A stretch of DNA of 32,000 bases from Telmatocola sphagniphila. GTDB taxonomy: Bacteria > Planctomycetota > Planctomycetia > Gemmatales > Gemmataceae. Below are positions 19,295 through 26,873 of the stretch, one piece after another. Location of the stretch: the NCBI RefSeq assembly GCF_018398935.1, contig NZ_CP074694.1, positions 1,950,001-1,982,000 of the forward strand, given 5' to 3'. The notes below the pieces were generated by a model, which was given only the letters and a program-made list of their open reading frames with translations, had not been told where the DNA came from and did not search any database. A program made the translations under genes and the position numbers. Within the stretch, counting starts at the first letter, position 1. The number at the start of each line of letters is the position of its first letter.

Positions 19295-20173
19295 ATGAGT
19301 GCTTTGATCAAAACCAACATTATGCCGAAGGTAACTCCGGGAGCTCGCCTCTTGGGCGAAATCATCACCTGGACCGCTTCGGGAGCCAGCGTCCGGCACA
19401 GTGACTTGATTCGAGCCCTGAAAGAAGTCGGCCTCGATGAAAGCGTGGCCCGGGAGTTAGCACCCCGGCACGCTTTTGCCCGGGCCTGTCGCAAGCTGTC
19501 GGAAGCCCGAATTATTCGGCAGATTGTCGAAGATGAAGTCTCGATTCAATTTCAGTTTACCCAGGAATCGAAACAGGGGGACCGCTTCAGCTACGACTTC
19601 GAAACCCTCCTCACGCTGACCAAGAAGACCGGGCAGGTCCACTGCGACAAACGGGAACTGGCTCTATTGGCTCAGGAAGAACTGGATCGCTGCATTGCGG
19701 TGCGAACCGGCAGCGATATCACCCGAATTGTGCAGAAACTTTTTGAGCGGGAAGCCGATCTTTTCCCGATTCGGCCCCAAGGCGGAGCCTACTTCGTGCC
19801 ACAGGTGCACGCCGGCTTCATCGATCGGGTGCAGAGCTTGCTGAAGCAGCTTAATGGTCAGATGCTGCGCTTCCCGGTGCCGGAAGGAACCGCCAGCGGA
19901 GATGTCTCGGTGAAGGAAGCGGTGGCTTCCGGATTATCGGCTCTGATTACGGAACATGAGGAAGCGATCGCTTCGTTCGGCGAAGATACCCGGCCCGATA
20001 CGGTGGAACGAGCCGCTGAGCGGATTCGCAACACCAAGTTCAAAGTCGAAGCCTATGCCGCTCTGCTGGCCGATCAAAAGCATCAGCTGGAGCTTTCCTT
20101 GGCCACGGCTTCCCGAAAGCTCCGTCAGAAGGTCGAAAGTCTGGCTGCTGAGCGGGAAGCGGTCTTGGTTTAG
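19295..20173 (+). CDS. Uncharacterised 292-aa protein
   Basis: GAAGGA lies 8 nt upstream of the ATG at 19295. Notable segments are IRPQGGAYFVPQVHAGFIDRVQSLLKQLNG and a helical, coiled-coil-like C-terminus (KFKVEAYAALLADQKHQLELSLATASRKLRQKVESLAAE). I cannot place it in a named family. Confidence 0.75.
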   Translation: MSALIKTNIMPKVTPGARLLGEIITWTASGASVRHSDLIRALKEVGLDESVARELAPRHAFARACRKLSEARIIRQIVEDEVSIQFQFTQESKQGDRFSYDFETLLTLTKKTGQVHCDKRELALLAQEELDRCIAVRTGSDITRIVQKLFEREADLFPIRPQGGAYFVPQVHAGFIDRVQSLLKQLNGQMLRFPVPEGTASGDVSVKEAVASGLSALITEHEEAIASFGEDTRPDTVERAAERIRNTKFKVEAYAALLADQKHQLELSLATASRKLRQKVESLAAEREAVLV

Positions 20174-20269
20174 TTCGGCCGGTTTTCAACTGATTCGCCA
20201 TTCGGTATTTTTTGCCCTTTGCCCACCTACTCGCCCTTTCACTCCAACACTACTCACCGAAGGAAGATC

Positions 20270-21616
20270 ATGATCCATTTGCAGCGCCGGCAAGTCCGGC
20301 AGTTACGCAGCCTGTTCAAAAAATTGGGAGCGGCCCGAAGCCCGGCTCCTCAGAATCTCTTACTCCAAACCGATGCGAGCGGACTTACGATTCAGGGCTC
20401 GATCGGCGAAGTCACGGCGATTTACCGGCAGCCGGGTTCTTTCGCCGAAGAACAGATGACCATTCCTTTTGCCGTGTTCAATGATACCGCCGGTTCGGAC
20501 GACAGCGTCATCGAGATCGTCGCACTGGTCCACCAGAAGTTGCGCGTCGCCTGGAGTTCGAATACGGTACCGCAGATTCGCGGGTACGAGATTCCCATCA
20601 GTGTCGAAAGCCTGCCTTTACCGGAAGTCTGGACGCCGATGGATCTGCGTCTGCGGGAATCTTTATGCGAGGCGATGAAGACGGCCAGTCCCGAGGCCAC
20701 ACGGTACGCCGTCAATTACATCCAGTTGCGGGGGAGAACCGGCGAAGTCATCGGAACCGATACCCGGCAGCTCTTCATCGAATCAGGATTCGCTTTTCCT
20801 TGGGACGATGAGGTCTTGATCCCCCGGTCTGGACTCTTCGCTGCGGAAGAACTCTCGGCGGACAGACTGGAAATCGCTCGTACAAAAACGCACCTCTGGT
20901 TCCGCTTGGGGTCTTGGATGATCGCCTTGCTAATCGCCTCGGAAGCCCGTTATCCCGAAGTCCATCGAGCGATTCCTGCCTCTTTGGAAGCGACGCGCTG
21001 GAGGATAGACCCGGGAGAATCGCACGGGTTGGCTCAGTGCTTGAAGCAGTTGCCGGGCGAGAAAGATCCGCATCGACCGGTGACGGTGGAACTCAACGGT
21101 CACGTTGCGATTCGGGCTCGAGGAACCGAAAGTCTGCAAACGACCGAAGTTCACCTCAATCGCTCTCAGGTGGAAGGGAATCCGATGAGTCTCGCCTTGG
21201 ATCGAGCTTACCTGCAGCGAGCCTTGCAGTTGGGTTTTTCGGAGTTCCAGATCGTTCATCCCGATAAACCGATAGTCTGCCAGCAGGGCAGCCGAAGGTT
21301 CGTCTGCATGCCGCTGGGTAAAACCTCGGTGATCGCGGCTTGTCCAGAGGCCTTGCAGGTGGAGTTGGGAGAGACTGCCCGAGCGATGAGCGGCAAAAAT
21401 ACTTCGACGAGAATACGAGATCGGGCCAGGAACTTCAGTTCGGCGATTCTGGCCGGTCTTCTGGAAGAAGCGAACTCCCTGCAATCGGTAGTTCAAGCCC
21501 TGCTGGAGCGATTGACCTATTTAAGCGAAGAGCTCCATCGGTTGCTTCCTCGCCGGAAATCGGAGCGCATCGGTGTAAATACTCCGTCCGAAGCCATGAT
21601 CGATCCATTTCTTTAA
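20270..21616 (+). CDS. Divergent DNA polymerase III beta-subunit (sliding clamp)-like protein with a ~80-aa C-terminal extension (448 aa)
   Basis: GAAGGAAG precedes the ATG at 20270. Clamp-family landmarks appear in the right order and spacing. YAVNYIQLRGRTGEVIGTDTRQLFIE compares with LNGV...ATDGHRLA. ASEARYPEVHRAIP compares with GKFPDYRRVIP. MSLALDRAYLQRAL compares with IGFN.KYLLD.L. RRFVCMPL compares with YLVMPM. An extra helical tail (LLEEANSLQSVVQALLERLTYLSEELHRLL) follows. Confidence 0.65.
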   Translation: MIHLQRRQVRQLRSLFKKLGAARSPAPQNLLLQTDASGLTIQGSIGEVTAIYRQPGSFAEEQMTIPFAVFNDTAGSDDSVIEIVALVHQKLRVAWSSNTVPQIRGYEIPISVESLPLPEVWTPMDLRLRESLCEAMKTASPEATRYAVNYIQLRGRTGEVIGTDTRQLFIESGFAFPWDDEVLIPRSGLFAAEELSADRLEIARTKTHLWFRLGSWMIALLIASEARYPEVHRAIPASLEATRWRIDPGESHGLAQCLKQLPGEKDPHRPVTVELNGHVAIRARGTESLQTTEVHLNRSQVEGNPMSLALDRAYLQRALQLGFSEFQIVHPDKPIVCQQGSRRFVCMPLGKTSVIAACPEALQVELGETARAMSGKNTSTRIRDRARNFSSAILAGLLEEANSLQSVVQALLERLTYLSEELHRLLPRRKSERIGVNTPSEAMIDPFL

Positions 21617-21666
21617 CCGTTCGAAACTTCGATTCTTTTTCATTCCAACCCTATCGGAGAAAATGC

Positions 21667-21822
21667 ATGAGTGCGAAGCACAAATTGAATGCGGCCTATA
21701 TGTCGGGCTCGTTTCTGATAGCGATCTTAGTCGGAGCTTTCTTTCAATCGACGGCGATTGTCCTGGGTACGCTGGCCTTCTTGCTCTTCATGGATTTCGT
21801 TGCGGGCAATATCCGCAAGTGA
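21667..21822 (+). CDS. Small membrane protein (51 aa, predicted single or double TM)
   Basis: GGAGA lies upstream of the ATG at 21667. The sequence is MSAKHKLNAAYMSGSFLIAILVGAFFQSTAIVLGTLAFLLFMDFVAGNIRK. It is the 3' part of track ORF 21340-21822, and the terminator hairpin follows directly. Confidence 0.5.
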   Translation: MSAKHKLNAAYMSGSFLIAILVGAFFQSTAIVLGTLAFLLFMDFVAGNIRK

Positions 21823-21829
21823 TCCCCTG

Positions 21830-21867
21830 CCTCCCCCGTTGCTAGCACCGTCTAATAACGGGGGAGG
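21830..21867. terminator. 11-bp perfect GC-rich hairpin shared by convergent transcription units
   Basis: cctcccccgtt (21830-21840) pairs with aacgggggagg (21857-21867) across a 16-nt loop. It lies 8 nt after the stop of the last plus-strand ORF and overlaps the end of the minus-strand ORF 21852-22079. Confidence 0.55.
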
Positions 21868-22079
21868 AGTATTTCCATGCGACGGAAAAAAAGGATTGGC
21901 TTCGCTTTAGCTATCAGCGATCCTCGGATAGGCAAAATGAGAGGCGCGTCGGGTTTATCCAACGCTTCGAACCTTCCCGCTTTCCCGCCAAGTTCGGTCG
22001 TTACCCATTCAAACTGGCGCACGAAGCAGGGCACTGGCGGCTTCATCGCAAGTTCTTTCAGCATTGAGTCAACCCACAT
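21852..22079 (-). CDS. Hypothetical protein (75 aa), doubtful
   Basis: An ORF only, with no domain I recognise. The sole support is that it ends in the shared hairpin, as a convergent gene would. Confidence 0.25.
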   Translation of the reverse strand: MWVDSMLKELAMKPPVPCFVRQFEWVTTELGGKAGRFEALDKPDAPLILPIRGSLIAKAKPILFFRRMEILLPRY

Positions 22080-22431
22080 TCGCTCTTTGCCGAAGGCGTG
22101 AAACGACCGGAGTCTATTTATCGTTCCCGAGATAGGGAATCTATCGAAATCCGGGCCAACCGATTTGCTCCAGGCCTATTGCGGTCCCGAGAGATGATAA
22201 AAGGCACATGGCACGAATTGCCAAGCAGGAGAGACCCCATTTTCTCCCCATCATGCGAGCATCTTTAGAGAACGGTGATACCGATAAGCGCTTTTTGGAA
22301 AACGCGATTCGCCCTCGGGCAACGTTATTTCAGTTTTCTCCAAGCGCACTGAGGATACGTTCAACAAACTGGGTTTTTGCCGTGAAAACGCGAACAGTCG
22401 CTATTGGATTGAGATCTGGTGCCCCGCGAAA

Positions 22432-23307
22432 TCAGTATACCTCCTTAAGCAATGTCGGTATTTGATCTTTGCGAAGGGCATCGATTACAACTTGGCTTGA
22501 TTTCCAGGGATCGCCAGGAATTCGAACGATCAGTTTGCCCCACACTTTGCCGAAAGCCGCAAGGGCATCCGTCTCGGAATAGCTGACGCCAGTCGGGAGT
22601 AAGGGGGCGATGTCTTCAATGAGGCTTTGGTTCAGCTTCCGGAGCATCCGCTCTTCGGCATTCGCCCGACTGATTGGCTTCTCTTCCAACGCGAGGTAAT
22701 GGTTGAAGCAACCGATCAACCTATCGCTATCCAGTTCCAGCTGTGAAAGTCCTTCGTTCAAATCAAACAGGTCACGGTTTTTATTCCTCTGAAGCAGTGC
22801 CCGAAGTTTCGTGCCGAATAGTTCTTCCGGCTCGAAGGAGATAATCTCAGTTCTCGCTTTGTGCCAGTCACTGCTGACCTCAAACGGATACGATTGCAGG
22901 CCGTGAAGATTCTGCTGCTCCCGCGTATTGATCTCGATTTTGAGCTTAAGCGGCTTGCCGTCACCTATTTCTGGAGTGAACTGGAAGACCAGATGCATCG
23001 AATGGAGAGCCTGATTCCGCTTACAGTTGCCAAGCCAGGACAGTGCTTCACGAATGGCATCCACCGTCGGCCCAATTGGCTCAGCTCTCATCTGAACCAA
23101 ATCAATATCTTCAGAGTAGCGAAGCGGTTCCGAAAAGAGCAGTTTGTTGATCGCCGTGCCGCCGCGAAAAGCGATCTTGCCTTGGAGTTTCTCGCTGTTA
23201 AACAAATCGCAAAGCGCCCGGCAAATGATCAGGTCCTGTTCCACCTGCCGAAGATCGGGCCACGGAGCATTTGCTGTCCATTCTTGTAAGTGTGCCAGTG
23301 GTATCAC
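22432..23307 (-). CDS. abiEii: AbiEii/AbiGii-family nucleotidyltransferase toxin (DUF1814)
   Basis: VEQDLIICRALCDLF...KIAFRGGTAINKLLFSEPLRYSEDIDLV is the characteristic AbiEii N-terminal NTase motif. It overlaps the upstream antitoxin gene by ATGA (23304-23307). Confidence 0.9.
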   Translation of the reverse strand: MIPLAHLQEWTANAPWPDLRQVEQDLIICRALCDLFNSEKLQGKIAFRGGTAINKLLFSEPLRYSEDIDLVQMRAEPIGPTVDAIREALSWLGNCKRNQALHSMHLVFQFTPEIGDGKPLKLKIEINTREQQNLHGLQSYPFEVSSDWHKARTEIISFEPEELFGTKLRALLQRNKNRDLFDLNEGLSQLELDSDRLIGCFNHYLALEEKPISRANAEERMLRKLNQSLIEDIAPLLPTGVSYSETDALAAFGKVWGKLIVRIPGDPWKSSQVVIDALRKDQIPTLLKEVY

Positions 23308-24122
23308 GCTTCGAGCTCCACTGGCACATTGATGATTAGCATCCAGTCAGGGTTCTTCTCGTCCAGCAATCCGAGTTCAGCAACCAGCGGTTTGACTGCG
23401 GGATCCAGCGCCTTGAAGGACTTCGCTTTCTTGGCGAAGTCCTTGAGCGACTCGGCTTGCCGATTATGACCGAAACGCTCCAGGAAATAGCCAAGACGTC
23501 TGACCGCAGAATTTTCATAGGCACTTGCGGCCTTCGCCAGAATTCGCGGATTGGCATTTTTACCCAGATCATGAACGGCCTGCGCCGCACCGTTGATTCC
23601 CGCTGCTTTATGGAAGTAACGGCAGATATCGAGCAAGGTCAATTCCAAGCCTGCGATCTGGGCGAACCCGGCTTCCGTTTTGAGCTTCGAGAGCCACGCT
23701 GGATTGTTTGCTTCTTCAAAAGTAGCCGAAGTCTGGAACAAAAAATCGACTCTCTGGCGACCGACAGCAATCTTCGGGAGTTGCTTTGGTGCAATAACCT
23801 GAAAGATCATCGCCGCCTGATGCGACGATCCGTGAAACGCCGCCGCACGCAGCAGAGATATTCGGTAATCCAGCCCCAAATGCTTCATCAACGGATCAAT
23901 CCAGCGTGAGGGGTCGGGAGCGCCAAGTTGTCGGTCCTCAGGCCTCAAAATCAAGTAGAACCCCCGGCGGGGAGAAACAAGCAGCCCTTTCCTCTTAACC
24001 CGACCAATCGCTGCTTGGAAGGCTTCCGCGGAAAGCCCAAGCTCAGCCAAAGCTTCTTCTTTGGTGAAGTAGCCTCTCCCTCTGGCAAGCTGCGATTCGA
24101 TGTATTCCCTCACATTTTTCAT
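23304..24122 (-). CDS. abiEi: AbiEi-family antitoxin / transcriptional regulator (type IV TA)
   Basis: N-terminal wHTH (YFTKEEALAELGLSAEAFQAAIGRVKRKGLLVSPRRGFYLI), a C-terminal domain of AbiEi_4 size, and translational coupling to AbiEii. Confidence 0.85.
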   Translation of the reverse strand: MKNVREYIESQLARGRGYFTKEEALAELGLSAEAFQAAIGRVKRKGLLVSPRRGFYLILRPEDRQLGAPDPSRWIDPLMKHLGLDYRISLLRAAAFHGSSHQAAMIFQVIAPKQLPKIAVGRQRVDFLFQTSATFEEANNPAWLSKLKTEAGFAQIAGLELTLLDICRYFHKAAGINGAAQAVHDLGKNANPRILAKAASAYENSAVRRLGYFLERFGHNRQAESLKDFAKKAKSFKALDPAVKPLVAELGLLDEKNPDWMLIINVPVELEA

Positions 24123-24128
24123 TCCCCA

Positions 24129-24156
24129 ATTATACCTAAAAAAAGACGGATCGCAA
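24129..24156 (-). promoter_or_regulatory. Sigma-70-type promoter candidate for abiEi-abiEii, predicting a leaderless mRNA
   Basis: The minus strand reads TTGCGA-16 nt-TATAAT-tgggga-ATG. The -10 hexamer is a perfect consensus and ends 6 nt before the start codon. No Shine-Dalgarno is possible in that space. Confidence 0.4.
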
Positions 24157-25120
24157 CCATTTTCTGATATGGATGGGGCATGATAATGTGTGACAAAGCG
24201 GTCCAGAACCGCTACTCGAGACGCCCAAAAACTAGCGTCACCCAGGCCCGTCTGAACCGATACTGAATAGTTTTTTTGCAGAGCGATGCTTCGAGTTTAG
24301 GAGACTATATCTTAAACTCAACGTCGAACAGTTTAGCGGACGGTCGTCAGTTCGAGTCCAATTCGGGGAGCTTTTCACTTTTCCAGCGGAAAATCAGCCT
24401 GTTAATTAGTTAACGCGGCAGAGAGAATCGCTCCGCGCGTTCAAAATCAGCTTTTTCCCCAAAAAATACGCACTTTTTGGAGTTTTGGACGTCCTCTACC
24501 CCTCTCTCCATTCCGCGGAAAATATTTCGGGACCCCAAGTGTAAATGACGAGATTTTTTCGGGGTGCTGCTTTTTCGACTGCGAAGTATCAAATTCTTTG
24601 AATTCACAGACCGAAAACATTCCTTCAGAGGCTGAGCTTGGAGGCTCGCATAGCACACCTGTGACTCACGCTAGCTGAGGAGGGTTGTCTGCCATTTCAT
24701 GGACCAGGTCAACGGAACGCCGTGCCGTCTGGCGACCATATTTTTTGCTCTCATGGGTTCACCTCGCGGGCAAAAGTGAATTCGATAGTTGAAATCAACT
24801 TCCGCTGTTCACCAGCATTCAAAGCGATGTAATCGATCTTTGCTAGATTTTCCTTTTGGTGGTTGACAATTGAAACCGACACTTCAAATCATCAACCTGA
24901 TCGGAGCACCAGCCCTACCCAAAATCCAACACTTTCATAGATTCCAAGGTGGCTAATCAGACGTGTCGAAGTAGCCTGTAAGCTCGCGGAAAACCTCCGA
25001 ATGCGAGAATGATTAATGTGGATAAACCCAGCATAGAGAAATTTTCCGGTACCGGAGTGAAGTCGAGGATCAGCGATGTCCCGGTGGTGTCGATAACCAA
25101 GCTTGTATTCGTAAAACTTA

Positions 25121-26035
25121 GAGTCTGTTCCAAAAGCGTGTATGTGTGTATAATTACACATGGAACGGAAACCCTATTCAACAGATTTAACGGATGCTCA
25201 GTGGGCTCTTTTGGAGCCCTGGATTCCCGAGGCTCGACCCGGTGGTCGACCGCGAAAAACCGACATGCGAGAAGTCGTCAATGCCCTATTCTACCTGACC
25301 AAGGAAGGATGTCGCTGGCGAGGTTTACCGCATGACTTTCCCCCGTGGAAAACGGTTTACAATTATTTTGAAGCTTGGAAGCGGGACGGCACTTGGGAAG
25401 AGATCCTAACGGCTCTGCGCTGTCGCGTTCGTCAAGCGGCCAATCGTTCGCCCAATCCTCGCGTTGCCTGCATCGACAGCCAGTCGGTGAAGACGGCTTT
25501 TGGAGGAGAAGAAGTCGGAACCGATGGCGGCAAAAAGGTCCGCGGCCGTAAACGCCACATCGTGGTGGATACTCTCGGATTACTGCTAGCCCTAGTGGTA
25601 ACGGGCGCGAATGTCGATGATGCCAAAGCTGCTCAAACGCTGTTTGAACAGATGCCCAAAACTGCTTTTCCCCGCTTGGAAACCATACAGGCGGACAACA
25701 AGTATCACAATTATCAATTGCAGAGTTGGCTGCGGGATCACAAGCGACCCTATACCGTTTGGGTGGTGAATCGTCCGTCGGGAGAACGAAAGTTTATGCC
25801 GCTGAGAAGTCGCTGGGTGGTGGAGCGAACTTTCGCCTGGTTGGGACGTTGTCGACGGCTAAGTAAAGACTACGAGCATTTACCGGAATCCAGCGAGGCC
25901 ATCGTGCAAATCGCATGCATTCAACACTACTTACGCCGTCTCTATCCCAGTCGAGTGAAACATACACAACGGTTTCGGTATAAAGGCCATACTCCTAAAA
26001 CTCTAGCCGCTTAATTCGGCTTTTGGAACAGACTC
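25121..26035 (+). mobile_element. IS5-family (IS427-like) insertion sequence, 915 bp, with a TTA target duplication
   Basis: 17-bp perfect inverted repeat gagtctgttccaaaagc (25121-25137) / gcttttggaacagactc (26019-26035). TTA lies immediately outside both ends (25118-25120 and 26036-26038). Confidence 0.9.
25160..26014 (+). CDS. IS5 family transposase (284 aa)
   Basis: DUF4096-type N-terminus (LTDAQWALLEPWIPEARPGGRPRKTDMREVVNALFYLTKEGCRWRGLP) followed by the DDE core (IDSQSVKT...KRHIVVDTLGLLLALVVTGANVDD...ADNKY...RWVVERTFAWL). Confidence 0.92.
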   Translation: MERKPYSTDLTDAQWALLEPWIPEARPGGRPRKTDMREVVNALFYLTKEGCRWRGLPHDFPPWKTVYNYFEAWKRDGTWEEILTALRCRVRQAANRSPNPRVACIDSQSVKTAFGGEEVGTDGGKKVRGRKRHIVVDTLGLLLALVVTGANVDDAKAAQTLFEQMPKTAFPRLETIQADNKYHNYQLQSWLRDHKRPYTVWVVNRPSGERKFMPLRSRWVVERTFAWLGRCRRLSKDYEHLPESSEAIVQIACIQHYLRRLYPSRVKHTQRFRYKGHTPKTLAA

Positions 26036-26168
26036 TTAGTACGCGCTGGCCCTGTCCCCTACCCTCCTGCGACGGGCTTGTCAATTAACCAACTGCAAAC
26101 CACTACCAAAGTTTTGCAACGGACAAATCGAATCCCAACACGTCACTTACCCAGCGAGAGATTCTCAG

Positions 26169-26873
26169 TTACTTTGCCCGCTTAGCCCTCTCATCGTACC
26201 AAGCCTGCAACAGAAGAAAACTCGCGAAAACCATCACGACCCACTGATAAAAAGTCAACCCCGAGTCCATCCTTGGCTCAATTCGAATGAACTCCATTAC
26301 GAAGCGAAAAACGCAATATGCGATGAGGTAAATCTTCAACCGCTGGGTCGCGAATTGATTGGAAATCTGCCAGCGCGCCAGTATCCAGACCCAAAAGCCG
26401 TGAAAAACCGATTCGTACAACTGCGTTGGATGACGTGGAATTCCATCGCCAAAATCGTAGCCCCAGGGCAATTCTGTTGGCTTACCCGCACAGCATCCAT
26501 TCGCAAAACAGCCAAGCCGTCCAATCGTCAGAGCGAGCGCCAGAGGCAGAGCGAGACCATCTCCAGTTTTTACGCGAATACCGCGAATCGCCTTGCATAT
26601 TTCGACCCCAAGATAGGCTCCCATCAATCCCGTGGTTAACGTTTTACCGTCTGAAAACCAGGTTTCCCACGAATACATCGCCGGATCATTCATCAATACG
26701 AAAGGTAACTTGGCGCTAATCGTTCCCCCAAAAAATGCAGAGATTCCTATCCAGATTCGATCCATCAGAGGCAGGCGAGCCGATGGATCATTGACGGCAA
26801 ACAGCCGACGGCCCAAAAGGAAAACCAGAACGGCCAAGATCATGCAGGCGCCATAGGCAAAGCGCCCGCTCAT
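26169..26873 (-). CDS. Lgt-family (prolipoprotein diacylglyceryl transferase-like) membrane protein, short form (234 aa)
   Basis: FGGTISAKL, LALTIGRLGCFANGCCAGKPTELPWGY and IPRHPTQLYES match the Lgt signature blocks, and the protein is multi-TM. Its start overlaps the radical-SAM stop (ATGA at 26870-26873). Confidence 0.75.
   Translation of the reverse strand: MSGRFAYGACMILAVLVFLLGRRLFAVNDPSARLPLMDRIWIGISAFFGGTISAKLPFVLMNDPAMYSWETWFSDGKTLTTGLMGAYLGVEICKAIRGIRVKTGDGLALPLALALTIGRLGCFANGCCAGKPTELPWGYDFGDGIPRHPTQLYESVFHGFWVWILARWQISNQFATQRLKIYLIAYCVFRFVMEFIRIEPRMDSGLTFYQWVVMVFASFLLLQAWYDERAKRAK

Noticed and set aside
22208-22465. The 85-aa plus-strand ORF and other short ORFs in the 22080-22430 gap between the shared terminator and abiEii.
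   Set aside because: There is no SD, no recognisable motif in any of the six frames I translated, and an overlap with the abiEii 3' end. I treat this as non-coding or fully decayed sequence.
24341-24371. A tRNA-like 3' fragment (..cagttcgagtccaattcggggagc), which might mark an att site of an integrated element.
   Set aside because: The TTCGAGT loop is present, but the flanking bases do not pair into a T-stem. No acceptor partner or anticodon arm can be built upstream. I found no second copy of the segment in the window to act as the other att repeat.
24410-24900. Possible genes or a structured RNA in the 780-bp gap between abiEi and the IS5 element (ORFs 24410-24658 and 24447-24656, plus the 7-bp stem gagttta...taaactc at ~24286-24320).
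   Set aside because: The ORFs overlap each other in different frames and lack motifs. The hairpin is isolated, with no covarying partner or terminator tail. I cannot support any call from sequence alone.
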